A stretch of 64,000 nucleotides of DNA, from positions 160,001 through 224,000 of the forward strand of contig CAWFQB010000005.1 in assembly GCA_963817895.1 (NCBI GenBank), given 5' to 3'. The stretch comes from an uncultured Chthonomonadaceae bacterium (GTDB lineage: Bacteria > Armatimonadota > Chthonomonadetes > Chthonomonadales > Chthonomonadaceae). Below, piece by piece: positions 19,752 to 31,456 of this stretch. The first letter of the stretch is position 1, and each line of letters starts with the position of its first letter. The notes beneath the pieces are model-generated. The model had not been told where the DNA came from. It saw nothing but the letters and a program-made list of their open reading frames with translations, and did no database searches. A program made the position numbers and the translations under genes.

Positions 19752-22700
19752 ATGGGTAAACACGCCCTGACGCTTGCGGCGGCATTGCTGCTGCCGATAG
19801 CAGTACCGATACAGGCGCAAACGCCCGCGCCGAAAACCGAAGTGGCGCAGGCTGACGCTGGCGAGTCCGCCAACCACATTGCGGGCTTTACCGCCTGGGA
19901 TGACGACTTTTTCTATATCTCCGTTCAGGTCAACAAGCCTACCGTGAGCGGCAAAAACGCGACGCCGTTTTCCAACCCATTGGAAGACGACGCCGTTATC
20001 ATCGCTTTGCAGACGGACAACGACCATACGGGAACCAAACCTAACGCGCATACCGTGTTCCTCGCGGCAAGCGCGGCGGGCGGGGCGCAATTGTATTCCG
20101 GGCCGAACAAGATTCCACTTTTCAACGGCGTTGCGGACATTCAAAAGCGGCTCGTGGATATAGGGCTGGATAAATCCCTGACCCTGCCGCAGCAGGAAGC
20201 CGCGCGGACAGCCCTGTTCGGGCGCGTTGTCAAGTTTGTCGTGTCGCCCAAAGGCGTGACGCGGGGCAGTGGGGGCGCGGTTCCCGGCTATACCGTCGAA
20301 GCGGCCATTCCCTGGGCCGATTTGGGCGGCAAGCCCAATGCGGAAACGCGCATGGGCTTCAATGTCGTGGCGCAAAGCACCGTGCCGAACAGTCCCGCGA
20401 TTCAAAGCCTGTCTGCCCGCGTGAAAACGCCTCTTGATGTGGACAATCCCTCCCTGTGGGACGAAATTCAACTGCATAATTCTGCCCTGCCGTCCCGTCC
20501 CAATCTGCTGTTCAGCCCGCGCCTTGCCGCCAACAAGCCCGTGATTGATGGCGAAGTGCAGCGGGGCGAGTGGAACAATCTTTCGGGCTTTGTCTTTGGC
20601 AGCACGGCGGCAGCGGATGGAGCGTTCTCCATTCAGCGCACTCTGGACGCGCGTTTGCGCCCCGCCTTTGCCGCCAAACCGCCCCGATTTTCACCCGCCA
20701 TTTTGGACCGCGCCGCGCTGTCGGTTTCCCCTGACGCGCCCGAACACAAGCCGCAGCCCCTTGCTCATCTGGTGATGGCGCGGTATGCGTATCGGTATCA
20801 GGGCGACCCGCGCAAGGCCGCGCCGCTTGTGGGCGTCACCCGCCCCAACGGCAGCACGGCTCTCGCGCATCATCCCCTCGAAGGCGTCGGCCCCTGGCTC
20901 AGTTATGACCGCGCGGACTGGCATCGAGGGCAACTGCGCGAACTGCGCCGTTCGGGTATTGACGTGATTTTGCCGGAGTATCGGGGCGACGCGGCTTCTC
21001 GCAAACAGTACGCCGACAAGGGCCTGCGCGTTCTTGCCAACGCGCTGCAAAATCTGGCGCAAACCAGGGCAGGATTATCCGCAGGTCGGCCTTTATCTGG
21101 ATACCACATCGCTGAATGACGCATTGGGCGCACAGCCGGATTTGAAGCAGGCGACGGCGCAGGCCACTTTGTACGGCATGGTGCGCGACTTTTATCGTAC
21201 GGTTCCCGCCATGTTCCGGGCGCAGGTGACGCTGCAAGCCCCTAGTGGCGGGCGCGTCGCGTATCCCGTATTCTTATCCTCGGCAGGCGCGTGGAAGGAC
21301 CTGGACAGTTCGTTTGTACGAACGCTGCGAACCCGGTTCGCGCAGGACTTCGACGGCGCGGATTTGCTGGTGTTGGGCGGGGGTGACTTCAAAGGCAAGG
21401 CCACTCTGGACGGCTACTTTACCGATACCCGCGACAAGGGCTTTCAGTTTGATAACGGCGGCTGGATTAAAACCGGCAGCGTCGGGGCGGGCTATGACGG
21501 CATACAGGGCGAAAACGCGCCGGGGGAAACCGCGCCCGACGCGCCCTATCTGCCGCGCCGCAACGGCGACACGTACCGCCAGAACTGGAAGGCGGCGCTG
21601 AAGCAGAACCCGGATTGGGTGCTGCTGGATGGCTGGAACGATTATGATGTCGGGGCTGAAATCGCGCCCACATTGGAAGCCGGGTATAGCACAGCCGATA
21701 TTACCCGTGAGTACGTCCGCCAGTATCTCGGCCTGACCAAACGCAACGTGAAATTTCTCGCCCACAACGCGCCCCAAACCATGCTTGCCGGACGCGCGTA
21801 CAACGTGGAACTTCGGGCGCAAAACACGGGAATCGAACCCTGGGGCGGCGCGCTGAATGTTACCGGCAGTCCCGCCGTGCAGTTCACCTACCGCTGGCTG
21901 CGCAACGGCGCGAGTGTGGGCGAGGGGACGGGCGCGACGCTTGCCACGCTCACTCTGCCCAACCAGAACGTCAACAGCGACCTGAGCGTTGCCACTGCCG
22001 CAAACGGCAGCCCGCTTTCTCCCGGCGAGTATACGCTGGAAATCCGGCTGGCCGACGAAACCAAAAAGGGCGTTCCCTCCACTCCTATCGGAACCGAGGC
22101 GGGAACCGCATTGCAAATTCCTGTGACTGTTGTGGACGCAGACACGAAGCCGTCCGTTGTGGACGCGAACGCGAAGCAGGGCGCGCGTACCTCGCCGGGT
22201 TATGAAGCCACATTGCAAATCCCTGCGAATGTTTTCGCCGCCACGCTGATACGCGCCGATGTTCCCCCCTTCATGGAAGCGGGAAGCGTGTATACAGCCA
22301 CTGCCACCCTGCGTAACGATGGCTCGGCGGTGTGGAGCAAAGCCCGCCACGCGCGCGTCACCTACCGCCTGTCCCGGCTTACCGCGCCTGTTACGCCCGA
22401 CGCGGCGACTGTAGAAACGCCCGTACCCAGCGCGGACGCGACGATGGAACTACCGAACGACGTGTTGCCCGGCCAGACCGTCAACGTTCGCGTCACCCTG
22501 CCTCTGCTGGATGCGGACGGCAAGGCATTGCCCGTGTGGACGCCGGATGAAGCCTGGACGTATGCGGGACGTTGGGAAGTGGCGGGGGACTCGGATACGG
22601 TTATCAACGGCGTTTCGGTCGCAGCGGGAACGCGAACTCTGCCCACACCCGTCAGCATCGTGGATTTGGATTTTGGCGCGCGGTTCATTTCGGACGCCAC

Positions 22701-23644
22701 CACGCCCATTCTGCCCGCCGAGCGCCGCCAACCGGTACGCCTGACCGTGCAGAACAACGGCCCGCAAATCTGGAAAAAAGAGCAGGTTCGCATCGGCTAT
22801 CACTGGTACTATCAGGACGGCGCGGAGTACATCTGGGAGGACGAAACCACGCCCATTACGCAGGATGTCGCGCCCGGACAAACGACCGGCGATCTGCTCG
22901 CCTGGGTCACGCCGCCGCCTTATGACGGCACGTATACCCTTGTATGGGATGTAAAAGTGGGGGACACCTGGGCGTCCACCCTTGCGGCCACGCATCCCTC
23001 GGATGAAGCCGTGCATACCATTCAGGTGCGTAACGGGCGGCTCAACTTCATAGACCTGAGCAAAGCCTTCAATCTCGATGGCGTAACGGACGAAGACCCG
23101 GCAGGCGGGGGTGATTTCGACGGGCAGGGCCGCGCGTTTCCCGCCGCGCTTCTGCCGCCGTATGCGACCGGGCCGGTGGTTGCGAGTGGCGCGTGGCTGT
23201 TTTCCGAAAAAACCGGGCCGGACTCGTCGCGGCGCATCAGCTTCAAGTGGGGCGACAAGGACGGCAAAAGCAAGAACTTCATCGCCTGCAAGGGGCAGCG
23301 CGTGGAACTGGGCAAAGCCAACGGCACGGTTCGCATCCTGCACATTCTGGCGGCAAGCACGGGCAAGGATGTGGTTTCCAGCCTGAAACTGATTTTTCAG
23401 GAACCAACCATGCAGTCGGAAGACCTGTATACCATTGCCGCCAGCCGATGGGATCAGCCGCCGCATCATGGCGAGGAGATCGCGTTCCTGTCCCGCCGCG
23501 TTTCCACCACCAAAGGCAGCCAGAACAGCGCGGTGGCCCTGTTCCACTACGCGATTAAGAATCAAGGAGCCGCGCAACCTTGTATCCATCCAACTGCCCA
23601 ATGCGCCCGACCTGAAAATCGCCGCCATCACGCTGGAAAAATAA
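19752..23644 (+). CDS. Large exported protein: CBM9/DOMON-like domain, GH99/DUF5010-like barrel, repeated Ig-like domains (frameshifts near 21060 and 23560)
   Basis: Signal peptide; AWDDDFFYISV, YTVEAAIPW; GIDVILPEY...DWVLLDGWND; repeated NxGxxxW...YHW...PG Ig-like units. Confidence 0.65.
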
Positions 23645-23714
23645 CGTTTCTTGATATGAGGATAACATGTCGCGCCGACGAGCTTTTGCTTGTCGGCGCG
23701 ATTTATATTAGTGT

Positions 23715-24866
23715 TTACTTTGTCATAGGAAAAAGGCTGAGGGCAATATCGGCGGTACGCAACGCTTTTTGGGCAAGCGCGTCGGCATGGATTTGCAGCG
23801 CGGCGGAACGGGCGGGACGGTCGGACAATTGGGCGGCAACGCGAACCGCAATGTCTTCGGGATCGAATTGGTTCCAATCCGCAAGCGCATCCGGCAGGCC
23901 GAGCAGGTTCATCAGGTTTTCCACTTTGGGGTCGTAGGACAGGGCGAACGGGAGTACGGACATGCGGGCGGCGAAAATCAGGGCATGAAGGCGCATGGCG
24001 ACAACTGCCTGCATCCGCCCGATGAGGCCGAGCAGAACATCCGGCGCGTAAATGTTTTTGACGACGGGAAAGGCTTCGGCGTTACCCGTTCGCTCCGCCA
24101 CTTCGCAGGCGAATGTCACATCATCCGCAGAGTGCATTGGCAGCAGAACGATTTGCGCCCCGGTTCGCGTGTGAAGAAGGGTGAGCAGGCGGGCGTATTT
24201 GTCTATGGGCGACGGCCCGCTGCCATGCCACGGACGCAGGGCAACCGCTATCAGGGGCGATTGCGCGGAAATGCCTTCCGCGCGGCACAATGCGTCAATT
24301 TTGTCTTCAGAGGCGGGCGCAAGGGCAAACGCGGGATCGGCGGTGATTTCCAGATTGGGGTTCGTAACGCCAATGGCTTGAAGCAATTGCGCGGAGGGGT
24401 CGTCGCGAACCGTCAAATACGCCGCCCGGTTGGCGACCTGCCGAACGAGCAGGCGCGACATTTTGCGTTTCAGCGGCCCCATGCCCTGCGCGTAAAACAT
24501 CACGGGCTTACCGACTTGAAAGGCCAGCCGCGCAATCCACAGATAGTACAGCAGTGACCGCGCGCTCGTCGTGTCTTGCAGCAGACTGCCCCCGCCCGAA
24601 ATCAGCAAATCGCTTTGCTTCAATGTTGTCCGAACCTGCGCCATGTCCATGCGATAGACTGCCTCCAGTCCATGCAGTTCGGTTGTGGCGGACGGGTTTT
24701 GCGACAGAACGGTGAGTGTGACGCGACTGCCCGCCTGCCGCGCGAACGAGGCCGCCATGCCCGCCAGTACCGCCTCATCCCCCGCGTTCCCGCAGCCATA
24801 GTAGCCCGATACGGCGAAATGCAGAGGGGGAGAAGAGGAGAAGGGGAGAAGAGGAGAAACGGCCAT
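23715..24866 (-). CDS. csaB: Polysaccharide pyruvyl transferase CsaB
   Basis: SGYYGCGNAGDEA, SGGGSLLQDTTS, AQGMGP, TVRD, TADPA, MRLHALIFA, SYDPKV. Confidence 0.93.
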   Translation of the reverse strand: MAVSPLLPFSSSPPLHFAVSGYYGCGNAGDEAVLAGMAASFARQAGSRVTLTVLSQNPSATTELHGLEAVYRMDMAQVRTTLKQSDLLISGGGSLLQDTTSARSLLYYLWIARLAFQVGKPVMFYAQGMGPLKRKMSRLLVRQVANRAAYLTVRDDPSAQLLQAIGVTNPNLEITADPAFALAPASEDKIDALCRAEGISAQSPLIAVALRPWHGSGPSPIDKYARLLTLLHTRTGAQIVLLPMHSADDVTFACEVAERTGNAEAFPVVKNIYAPDVLLGLIGRMQAVVAMRLHALIFAARMSVLPFALSYDPKVENLMNLLGLPDALADWNQFDPEDIAVRVAAQLSDRPARSAALQIHADALAQKALRTADIALSLFPMTK

Positions 24867-24868
24867 AT

Positions 24869-27112
24869 TCAATCTCCCTCTCTCCCTCTCTCCCTCTCTG
24901 GAACAGGCAATATCCATTCTCCGAGCAGAAACAGGCCCGCCCCCATGCCCATACCGAGCAGCAGGCCCAATACGCCGTGCCAGATTGAGATTATGAGCGG
25001 CGTGTGGATGTGGCAGAAGGTGTTGAGCAGGGAGGCTTGCCCGATACTGCCGACCACGAACGCGGGAAGCGCCAGCTTGCGACGCCCGCGCCACCACCAC
25101 GCAATCGCCAGAATAAACGCGGGGTGGCCGAGCAGAAACTCTTTGGTGCGGGGGCGAACCGGGAAAACGTGATCCATCAGGTTGCGCAGTTTCATTTCCG
25201 GCCCGGACGCGCCCACGCCCGAAATCGTTGCCCGTTCGCGCCACAATCAGCAGGAATACGACCAGCGCCACCAGTCCGACCACCAGCAGGCCAAAACGGG
25301 CGGGTTCGTCGGCAATCCGGCGCAAATGCGTTTCGGCGCGTCGTTTCCAGCCATTCCAGGTTTCGCCCGGCTTGTCCCATGCCGCCGATCAGCGCGACAA
25401 AGGCCACCACCAGACAGCGGAACCGCGTGCTGCGCTTTGATGCCTAAAAATTGGTTGGCGCGGAGCATGAACGGGCGCGTTGCCAGCAGGCCGATGACGT
25501 GCAGGATGCCCACGCCCGTAATCGCGCTTGCCGTGCCGAGTGGCTATGGCGGCGCGGCGCAGGCAGGCGCGGGTGTTGCTGACAAAGGGAGTGGCCCGGT
25601 CTTCCTCGCGCGGAAACGTATGCAGGCAGGCGACGGTAGGGAACGCAATTCCCGCAAACAACGCCACGAACTTGCGCCCCGTTTCTCCACCCAAAGCCGC
25701 CAGCAACGCGCAGACAAGCGGCAATCCAAGCAGCAGCAGGCGTTGTTTGCGCGGGGGAAGTGGACACAATTGTGGACACAGTTCCCGCAGCATCCACACA
25801 ATTCCCGCGCCCGTTCCCAGACCGAGCAGCAGAAACAGGACATGAAGCGTCAGGCTTCCGCCCGTTTCACCGTAACGTAGGGCGGGAGCCAACTGGTAGC
25901 CGCCACCAAGCAGCGAATTGCCATGCGCAATGCCGCGCGCAATGTCCCCCACAAAGTTCAGGTCTTTTTGCAGCGTGGTTTCTTCCGGCGCGGAACCGCC
26001 CGCCAGGGGAAGCAGGCGCACATAGCAGAAGCGGATGTTGCGTTCCCGGGCCGCGCGCACAAAGCGGTCTACGATTTCGCTCCGCTCCAACTGCCCCATT
26101 TCCGTTGTCTGGATGGCGTGAACGCGAATCACGTCGCCATGCAATGCGCTGATAATGGTTTCGTCGCCCTTTTGCTTGCCGAATTCAACCGCGCCGTATA
26201 CCAGTCCGGTTGGCGGTTTCAGAGGTTCGGGCGCAGATTCGCCGGGTTTGACTTCGGTTACAGGCGCGGTGGTTTCCGGCTTTACGTCAGCAGGATTGCG
26301 GAACATGGAGGCGACAACGGTTTCCAACCCGAGATGCCCAAGCGCCTCATCGCCATTAAAAATAACCAGTTTCACGCCCTGATCGCGCAAACGCTTCAAA
26401 ACGTTTTCCGCGCTGTCGGGCGTGACGCCGGGAAAATTGCCGATGCGCCCGACAACCTGCAAATGCGCGTTTCGAACCTGCTTGACCACATCCCGCGACA
26501 ACCCCAACCCCAAACTGCGCAGGTTCGTATACTCGTAATTAACCGCAAATGCCTGATTGCTCAAAGTCGGGACAGCGGCAGCAAGGACGCCGGAACTCCA
26601 GCAGGAGCGCGGCGTTGAGGTGTCGAGGAGGGGCCACCGTTTGGTTCGCGTAAATATCGCTTGTAACTGTGGCACATCAAATACCGTGCCGCCATTCGTT
26701 TGCGCGTGTTTGCGCGATGGGCGTAGTCGGAATTTTACGAGCCGCCAGTGCTTCGCGGATTCGATCCAGCGTTTCGGGCGTATCCAGCCGAACGTAGGTG
26801 TAGTACGCGCCGTTCGGCTGCATAATTCGCGTGGCGTGAGCCTGCTCGGTCGGTTCCAAGGACGCCAGCAAATCTTCGCTGACAATGATGGACGTGACGC
26901 CCTGATCCTTGAAATTTTTGTAGAACAATTTCAATCGGCTGTTGACTGACCTGCGCCAGTCGGGACACTTCTTCGTATTCCAGCCCGATCTCCACGCTCT
27001 TGTTACGCGCTTCCACGCTCACCCGCTTACCCGCGCCGAACAATCCGGCCAGCGTCCCCAACGCCAGCAACACCAGCACTACCTGCCACACACCGGGCGA
27101 ACCTTTTTGCAT
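24869..27112 (-). CDS. DUF5693-family membrane protein (several frameshifts)
   Basis: RVSVEARNKSVEI, RAARERNIR, VRPRTKEFLLGHP, IGQASLLNTFCHIHTP; the family is commonly found next to csaB. Confidence 0.8.
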
Positions 27113-27127
27113 GAAAATTCCTTGCCA

Positions 27128-27204
27128 GGGAGTAGGAAGTAGGGAGTAGGTTGGTTCAATACAGCCTTGACCTAATCCCTACCCTCTACTTCCTACTCCC
27201 TACT
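27128..27204. repeat. Inverted pair of (GGGAGTA)n heptamer arms between hemC and the DUF5693 gene
   Basis: agggagtaggaagtagggagtagg ... ctacttcctactccctact. Confidence 0.8.
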
Positions 27205-28171
27205 ATGTAATCGCCTGTTCCGCATTGCGCGCGTCGGGATCGTCGGCGATGCGGATGCGGTTTAATATTTCGGTTGCGCCCGCGTTTCGCAGCCGGGTCG
27301 CCAATTCGCGGCCTGCGGTTTCGGGCGAAAAATCCGGCGCGTTCAGCGGGTGGGTGAATTCCTGAATCACCGCGTCGCGCCCGTCCAGCGACGTGACCTG
27401 CGCCCGCAACAACAATGCGCCGTTTTGGACAAGGCCATACGCGCCGACGGGAACGCTGCACCCACCGTGCAGTTCGTTGAGCAGGGCGCGTTCCGCCCGA
27501 ATGGCAAGGTTGGAAGGGGGATCGTCAAGCGCGGACAGATACGCTTTGAGTTCCGCATCGTCGGCGCGAATTTCCAATCCCAATGCGCCCTGTGACGGCG
27601 AGGGGGGGAATTGCTCCAGACTTAAGGTTTCCGTGATGTGTTGCGCGTAGCCCAATCTGCGCAATCCGGCAGCGGCCAGCAGCACGGCGTCCAGTTTGTC
27701 GCTCCCTTTCAAACGCTGTAAGCGAGTTGGAACGTTCCCGCGCAGGGGTACGATTTCCAGATCGGGGCGCAGGTGCAGCAATTGCGCCTGTCGGCGCGGC
27801 GACCCCGTTCCCACCCGCGCGCCCGGTTTCAAGTCCATCAATCTCGCGCCGCACAGCGCATCGCGCAGGTCCTCTCGAACGGGAACCGCGCCCAAAATAA
27901 GGCCGTCCGGCAGGGTTGTGGGCACGTCCTTGAGCGAGTGAACGGCAAGGTCAATCGCGCTGTCGAACAGTTCCCATTCCAGTTCTTTGGTGAACACGCC
28001 CGTCGCGCCCAAATGCCGCAGACTGGTCACGCGGTCTCGGTCGCCCTGCGTGGACACGATACGCAGCCGTACTTCAAGGCCGGGATGCGCCTGCCGCAAA
28101 AGTTCCGCAATGCCCTGCGCCTGCGTCCGCGCAAGCTGACTGGCGCGGGAACCGATAACAATCGTCCGCAT
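27203..28171 (-). CDS. hemC: Hydroxymethylbilane synthase (porphobilinogen deaminase)
   Basis: IGSRASQLA, GVFTKELE, DLAVHSLKDVPT, VGTGSPRR, RGNV, GGCSVPVG. Confidence 0.96.
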   Translation of the reverse strand: MRTIVIGSRASQLARTQAQGIAELLRQAHPGLEVRLRIVSTQGDRDRVTSLRHLGATGVFTKELEWELFDSAIDLAVHSLKDVPTTLPDGLILGAVPVREDLRDALCGARLMDLKPGARVGTGSPRRQAQLLHLRPDLEIVPLRGNVPTRLQRLKGSDKLDAVLLAAAGLRRLGYAQHITETLSLEQFPPSPSQGALGLEIRADDAELKAYLSALDDPPSNLAIRAERALLNELHGGCSVPVGAYGLVQNGALLLRAQVTSLDGRDAVIQEFTHPLNAPDFSPETAGRELATRLRNAGATEILNRIRIADDPDARNAEQAIT

Positions 28172-28272
28172 ATAATCGCTCCAAGACCCTGCAAAATGGT
28201 TGAAATGAAAAACCTGTGAGATTGTGACACGAAATCGGACGCGGAATCAAGACAGGGTTACAGGGCAGGATA

Positions 28273-29169
28273 TTAAAGCGGGGTATCAACCGGCAGGGCG
28301 CGTCCAAGTTTTGCGGCGAGAAAGCGTGAAGCGGCAACTACTTTTTCCAGATTAACGCCCGTTTCAATTCCCATGTCGCGCAGCAAAACAAGCAGGCTTT
28401 CGGTTGCCAGATTGCCCGCCGCTCCGGGCGCGAACGGACAGCCGCCCACGCCGCCCACCGCCGCATCGAAGTTTGTCACGCCGTGTTGCAGCGCGATTTT
28501 CACGTTGTCGAGCGCGTGTCCCCGCGTGTCGTGAAAGTGGCAGACGGTTTGCGGCAGGGGTAGAACCGGGTTCAGGGCTTCCAGCAATCGGGCTACCTGT
28601 TCGGGCGTGGCGTGGCCGATGGTGTCGCCGAGTGAAATTTCGTCTACGCCCATTGCCAGCAGTTCTCGCGCAACCGGCAACACCTGTGAGGGCGAAATAT
28701 TGCCCTCGAATGGACACACCCATGCTGTAGAAATATAGGCGCGTACCCAAAGCCCATGTTCCCGCGCAAGCGGCATCAGCGCGCGAAAGTTGTCCAGCGA
28801 ACCCGCAATACTTGTGCCGATGTTGCGTTGTGTGAATGTTTCACTGGCAGCCGTAAACAGCGCAATCGCCTTTACTCCCGCCCCAATCGCCCGTTCCAGC
28901 CCCTTCGCGTTCGGCACAAGCGCGGAGTAGCGTACATTGGGCCGAGGCGAAAAATGAGCAAAAACTTCGCTCGCATCGGCAAGCTGCGGCAGGCGTACAG
29001 GATTAACAAACGATGAAACCTCAATATCCGCAAACCCCGCTTCCGCCAGCAGTTCAATAAACGCGACTTTATCCTCCGTAGAAAGGATAACCGCCTCGTT
29101 TTGCAGTCCATCGCGCGGCCCCACTTCCACCACGCGAACGCGCTCCTGAATACCTGACCCCTTGAACAC
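28273..29169 (-). CDS. Hydroxymethylglutaryl-CoA lyase
   Basis: EVGPRDGLQNE, LGDTIG, HFHDTRG, GGCPFAPGAAGN. Confidence 0.95.
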   Translation of the reverse strand: MFKGSGIQERVRVVEVGPRDGLQNEAVILSTEDKVAFIELLAEAGFADIEVSSFVNPVRLPQLADASEVFAHFSPRPNVRYSALVPNAKGLERAIGAGVKAIALFTAASETFTQRNIGTSIAGSLDNFRALMPLAREHGLWVRAYISTAWVCPFEGNISPSQVLPVARELLAMGVDEISLGDTIGHATPEQVARLLEALNPVLPLPQTVCHFHDTRGHALDNVKIALQHGVTNFDAAVGGVGGCPFAPGAAGNLATESLLVLLRDMGIETGVNLEKVVAASRFLAAKLGRALPVDTPL

Positions 29170-29181
29170 CTGAACACCGCC

Positions 29182-29220
29182 CTTCCCATTCGCGTTTATT
29201 CGCGTTCATTCGCGGCTAAA
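29182..29220. repeat. Nonamer-type arm (CGCGAATRA)n; exact 39-bp inverted copy at 37882-37920
   Basis: Reverse complement tttagccgcgaatgaacgcgaataaacgcgaatgggaag is identical to 37882-37920. Confidence 0.9.
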
Positions 29221-29765
29221 ACGTCTTTGTCTACGGTATCCGGCGTGATTTCCACAACCGCCGCGCCATGCGCGATTTGCTGCTTCTTTTGAACCGTTAA
29301 AGCAGTGACGGTTCCGGCAAACGGCGCTTCCAGCGTGGTCATTACCTTCATCGCTTCCAATACCACGAGCGGCTGACGCGCTTCTACCGTCTGCCCCACC
29401 GTCACCAGTACATCCGCGACAACCCCGGACATGGGCGCGGTCAATGCGCCACTTGCCGCAGTCGCTTTTCGTTCCGGCGCGCGAACGGTTGGCGTATGAA
29501 ACGTGTAGGCCATGCCTTCAAACGCGAACGCGACTCCTTCAGTTGAACGCGCGAACGGGATGCGGAAAACGCGCTCCCCAACCGTTGCGGTTTCGGCATC
29601 CGTCTGCGTCACCTCCGTTGCAGAAATCTGTAAAACGTCCTCCACGCGCCGCGCCGCCGTAAACCGGTGTTCGGAACCGTCGGGCAATCGAACCCGCCAG
29701 CCGTCACCATCCGGTTCCACGTTCAGGGTAACTAATTCCTCGCCATACTTCTTTTGAATCTGCAT
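29196..29765 (-). CDS. Biotin carboxyl carrier (biotinyl-domain) subunit
   Basis: LTAPMSGVV, LEAMKV biotinylation motif. Confidence 0.9.
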   Translation of the reverse strand: MQIQKKYGEELVTLNVEPDGDGWRVRLPDGSEHRFTAARRVEDVLQISATEVTQTDAETATVGERVFRIPFARSTEGVAFAFEGMAYTFHTPTVRAPERKATAASGALTAPMSGVVADVLVTVGQTVEARQPLVVLEAMKVMTTLEAPFAGTVTALTVQKKQQIAHGAAVVEITPDTVDKDVLAANERE

Positions 29766-29770
29766 GTTTG

Positions 29771-29831
29771 CCCTTGTGAGAAGAGGGCGCAGCCCCTTGT
29801 GAGAAGAGGGCGCAGCAAGCAGCGCCCCTAC
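29771..29831. repeat. REP-like palindrome with a 23-bp tandem duplication
   Basis: Minus strand GTAGGGGCGCTGCTTGCTGCGCCCT; cccttgtgagaagagggcgcagc occurs twice in tandem (29771-29816). Confidence 0.8.
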
Positions 29832-29839
29832 CAACATTT

Positions 29840-31343
29840 CTACACATTCCGCCACGAACCTGATTGCCGCCAGAAAGTTGCAGGTGAAGGTTCGTTATTC
29901 CGTATTCCGTATTCCGTATTCCTTGTTGTCGTGACCGCTTCCGCTGCCAGCGCCAGTAGAACTTCGGTTGGAATAGGGTTTGAAGGTTTCCAATCGGTGA
30001 AATGGTCGCGCAGAAACTGCGTGGATAAATCGCCCGCCTGAAACGCCGGATGCCGAATAATCGCCAGCAGATACGCGATATTGGTTTGTACGCCCAATAC
30101 GGCAAACCGCTTCAATGCCTGCTCCATGCGGGCAAGGGATTCTTCCCGCGTCGCGCCGGACACAATCAGCTTTGCCAGCATCGGGTCGTAATACGGGGAA
30201 ACACTACTGCCGCGTTCCACGCCCGCATCCACGCGAATTCCCGGCCCGTTCGGTTCCTGCCACTGCGCCAACGCGCCGACGGAGGGCAGAAATCCCGCTG
30301 CGGCGTCTTCGGCATAAATCCGCGCTTCAAGGGCGTGGCCGGAGATACGTAACTCCTCCTGCGCGAACGGCAGGGGTTTGCCGTCCGCGATTTGCAGTTG
30401 CAGGCGTACCAAATCCAGACCCGTAATCGCTTCCGTGACGGGATGCTCCACCTGTAGGCGCGTGTTCACTTCCAGAAAATAAAAGGCGGACTTCTCCATC
30501 CGGGCGCGTTTCCAGCAGGAATTCCACCGTGCCGGCATTGACGTACCCTGCCGCGCGTCCCGCCGTTGTTGCCGCCTCGGTCATTCGCGCCCGCAGTTCC
30601 GGCGTTAAAACCGGGGAGGGACTCTCTTCCAGTATTTTCTGGTGGCGGCGCTGAATGGAACACTCGCGCTCGAACAAATGGACGACATTGCCCTGCGCGT
30701 CCCCGAAAATCTGCACCTCAATGTGGCGCGGACGGGCCACATACCGTTCCAGCAGCAGGCGATCATCCCCGAAAGCCGCCTGCGCTTCCCGCCGCGCCTC
30801 GTCAATCGCGTCCGCCAACTGCTCCCGCCGCGTAACCACTCTCATGCCGCGCCCGCCGCCGCCGCCCGCCGCTTTCACCAGCAGGGGCAGTTCCATTTGC
30901 CCCGCCTCGGCCTGTAAACGCGCGTCGCTCTGCTCGTCGCCATTATAGCCGGGAACAACCGGAACGCCCGCTTTCCGCATCAACTGTTTCGCCGCGATCT
31001 TATCGCCCAGCAGCCGTATCACACCCGACGGCGGCCCCACAAATACCAACCCGGCTTTTTCACAGGCAAGGGCAAAATCCGCGTTTTCCGACAGAAACCC
31101 GTAACCCGGATGAACCGCGTCCGCCCGCATCCGCTTCGCCGCGTCCAGCAGGTTCGGGATGTTCAAATAACTGTCCCGCGCCGGGGCCGCGCCAATACAG
31201 TACGCTTCTTCCGCCAACCCGACATGCAGCGCATGGCGATCCGCTTCCGAATACGCGGCAAGGGGCGTAACGCCCGTTTCCCGGCAGGCGCGAATGATAC
31301 GAACGGCGATTTCGCCGCGATTGGCAATGAGTAGACGGTTCAT
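29840..31343 (-). CDS. Biotin carboxylase subunit, probably methylcrotonoyl-CoA carboxylase alpha (frameshift near 30490)
   Basis: LIANRGEIA, HPGYGFLSEN, GGGGRGM, ERECSIQRRHQK, FLEVNTRLQVEHPVTE, YDPMLAKLI. Confidence 0.93.
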
Positions 31344-31456
31344 GGTTAGGTTGTCAGGTTGTTAGGTTGTCAGGTTGTCAGGTTGTCAGGTTGTAGTGAA
31401 CACCAGAAAGCCTATTCCTGATGACCTAACAACTAACAACCTGACAACCTAACAAC
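31344..31456. repeat. Inverted pair of (AGGTTGTY)n octamer arms
   Basis: ttaggttgtcaggttgttagg... and ...ctaacaacctgacaacctaacaac. Confidence 0.9.

Noticed and set aside
22450..23877. Long antisense/overlapping ORFs (also 43167-44462, 3977-4930, 5467-6390)
   Set aside because: Shadow ORFs of high-GC coding strands with no recognisable motifs.
29765..29840. Split between biotin carboxylase and BCCP as a REP-induced gene disruption
   Set aside because: Separate subunits are common, and both parts have plausible termini.
31344..31456. Short tandem repeats as CRISPR arrays or telomere-like sequence
   Set aside because: Units are 7-9 nt with no unique spacers and lie within operons.
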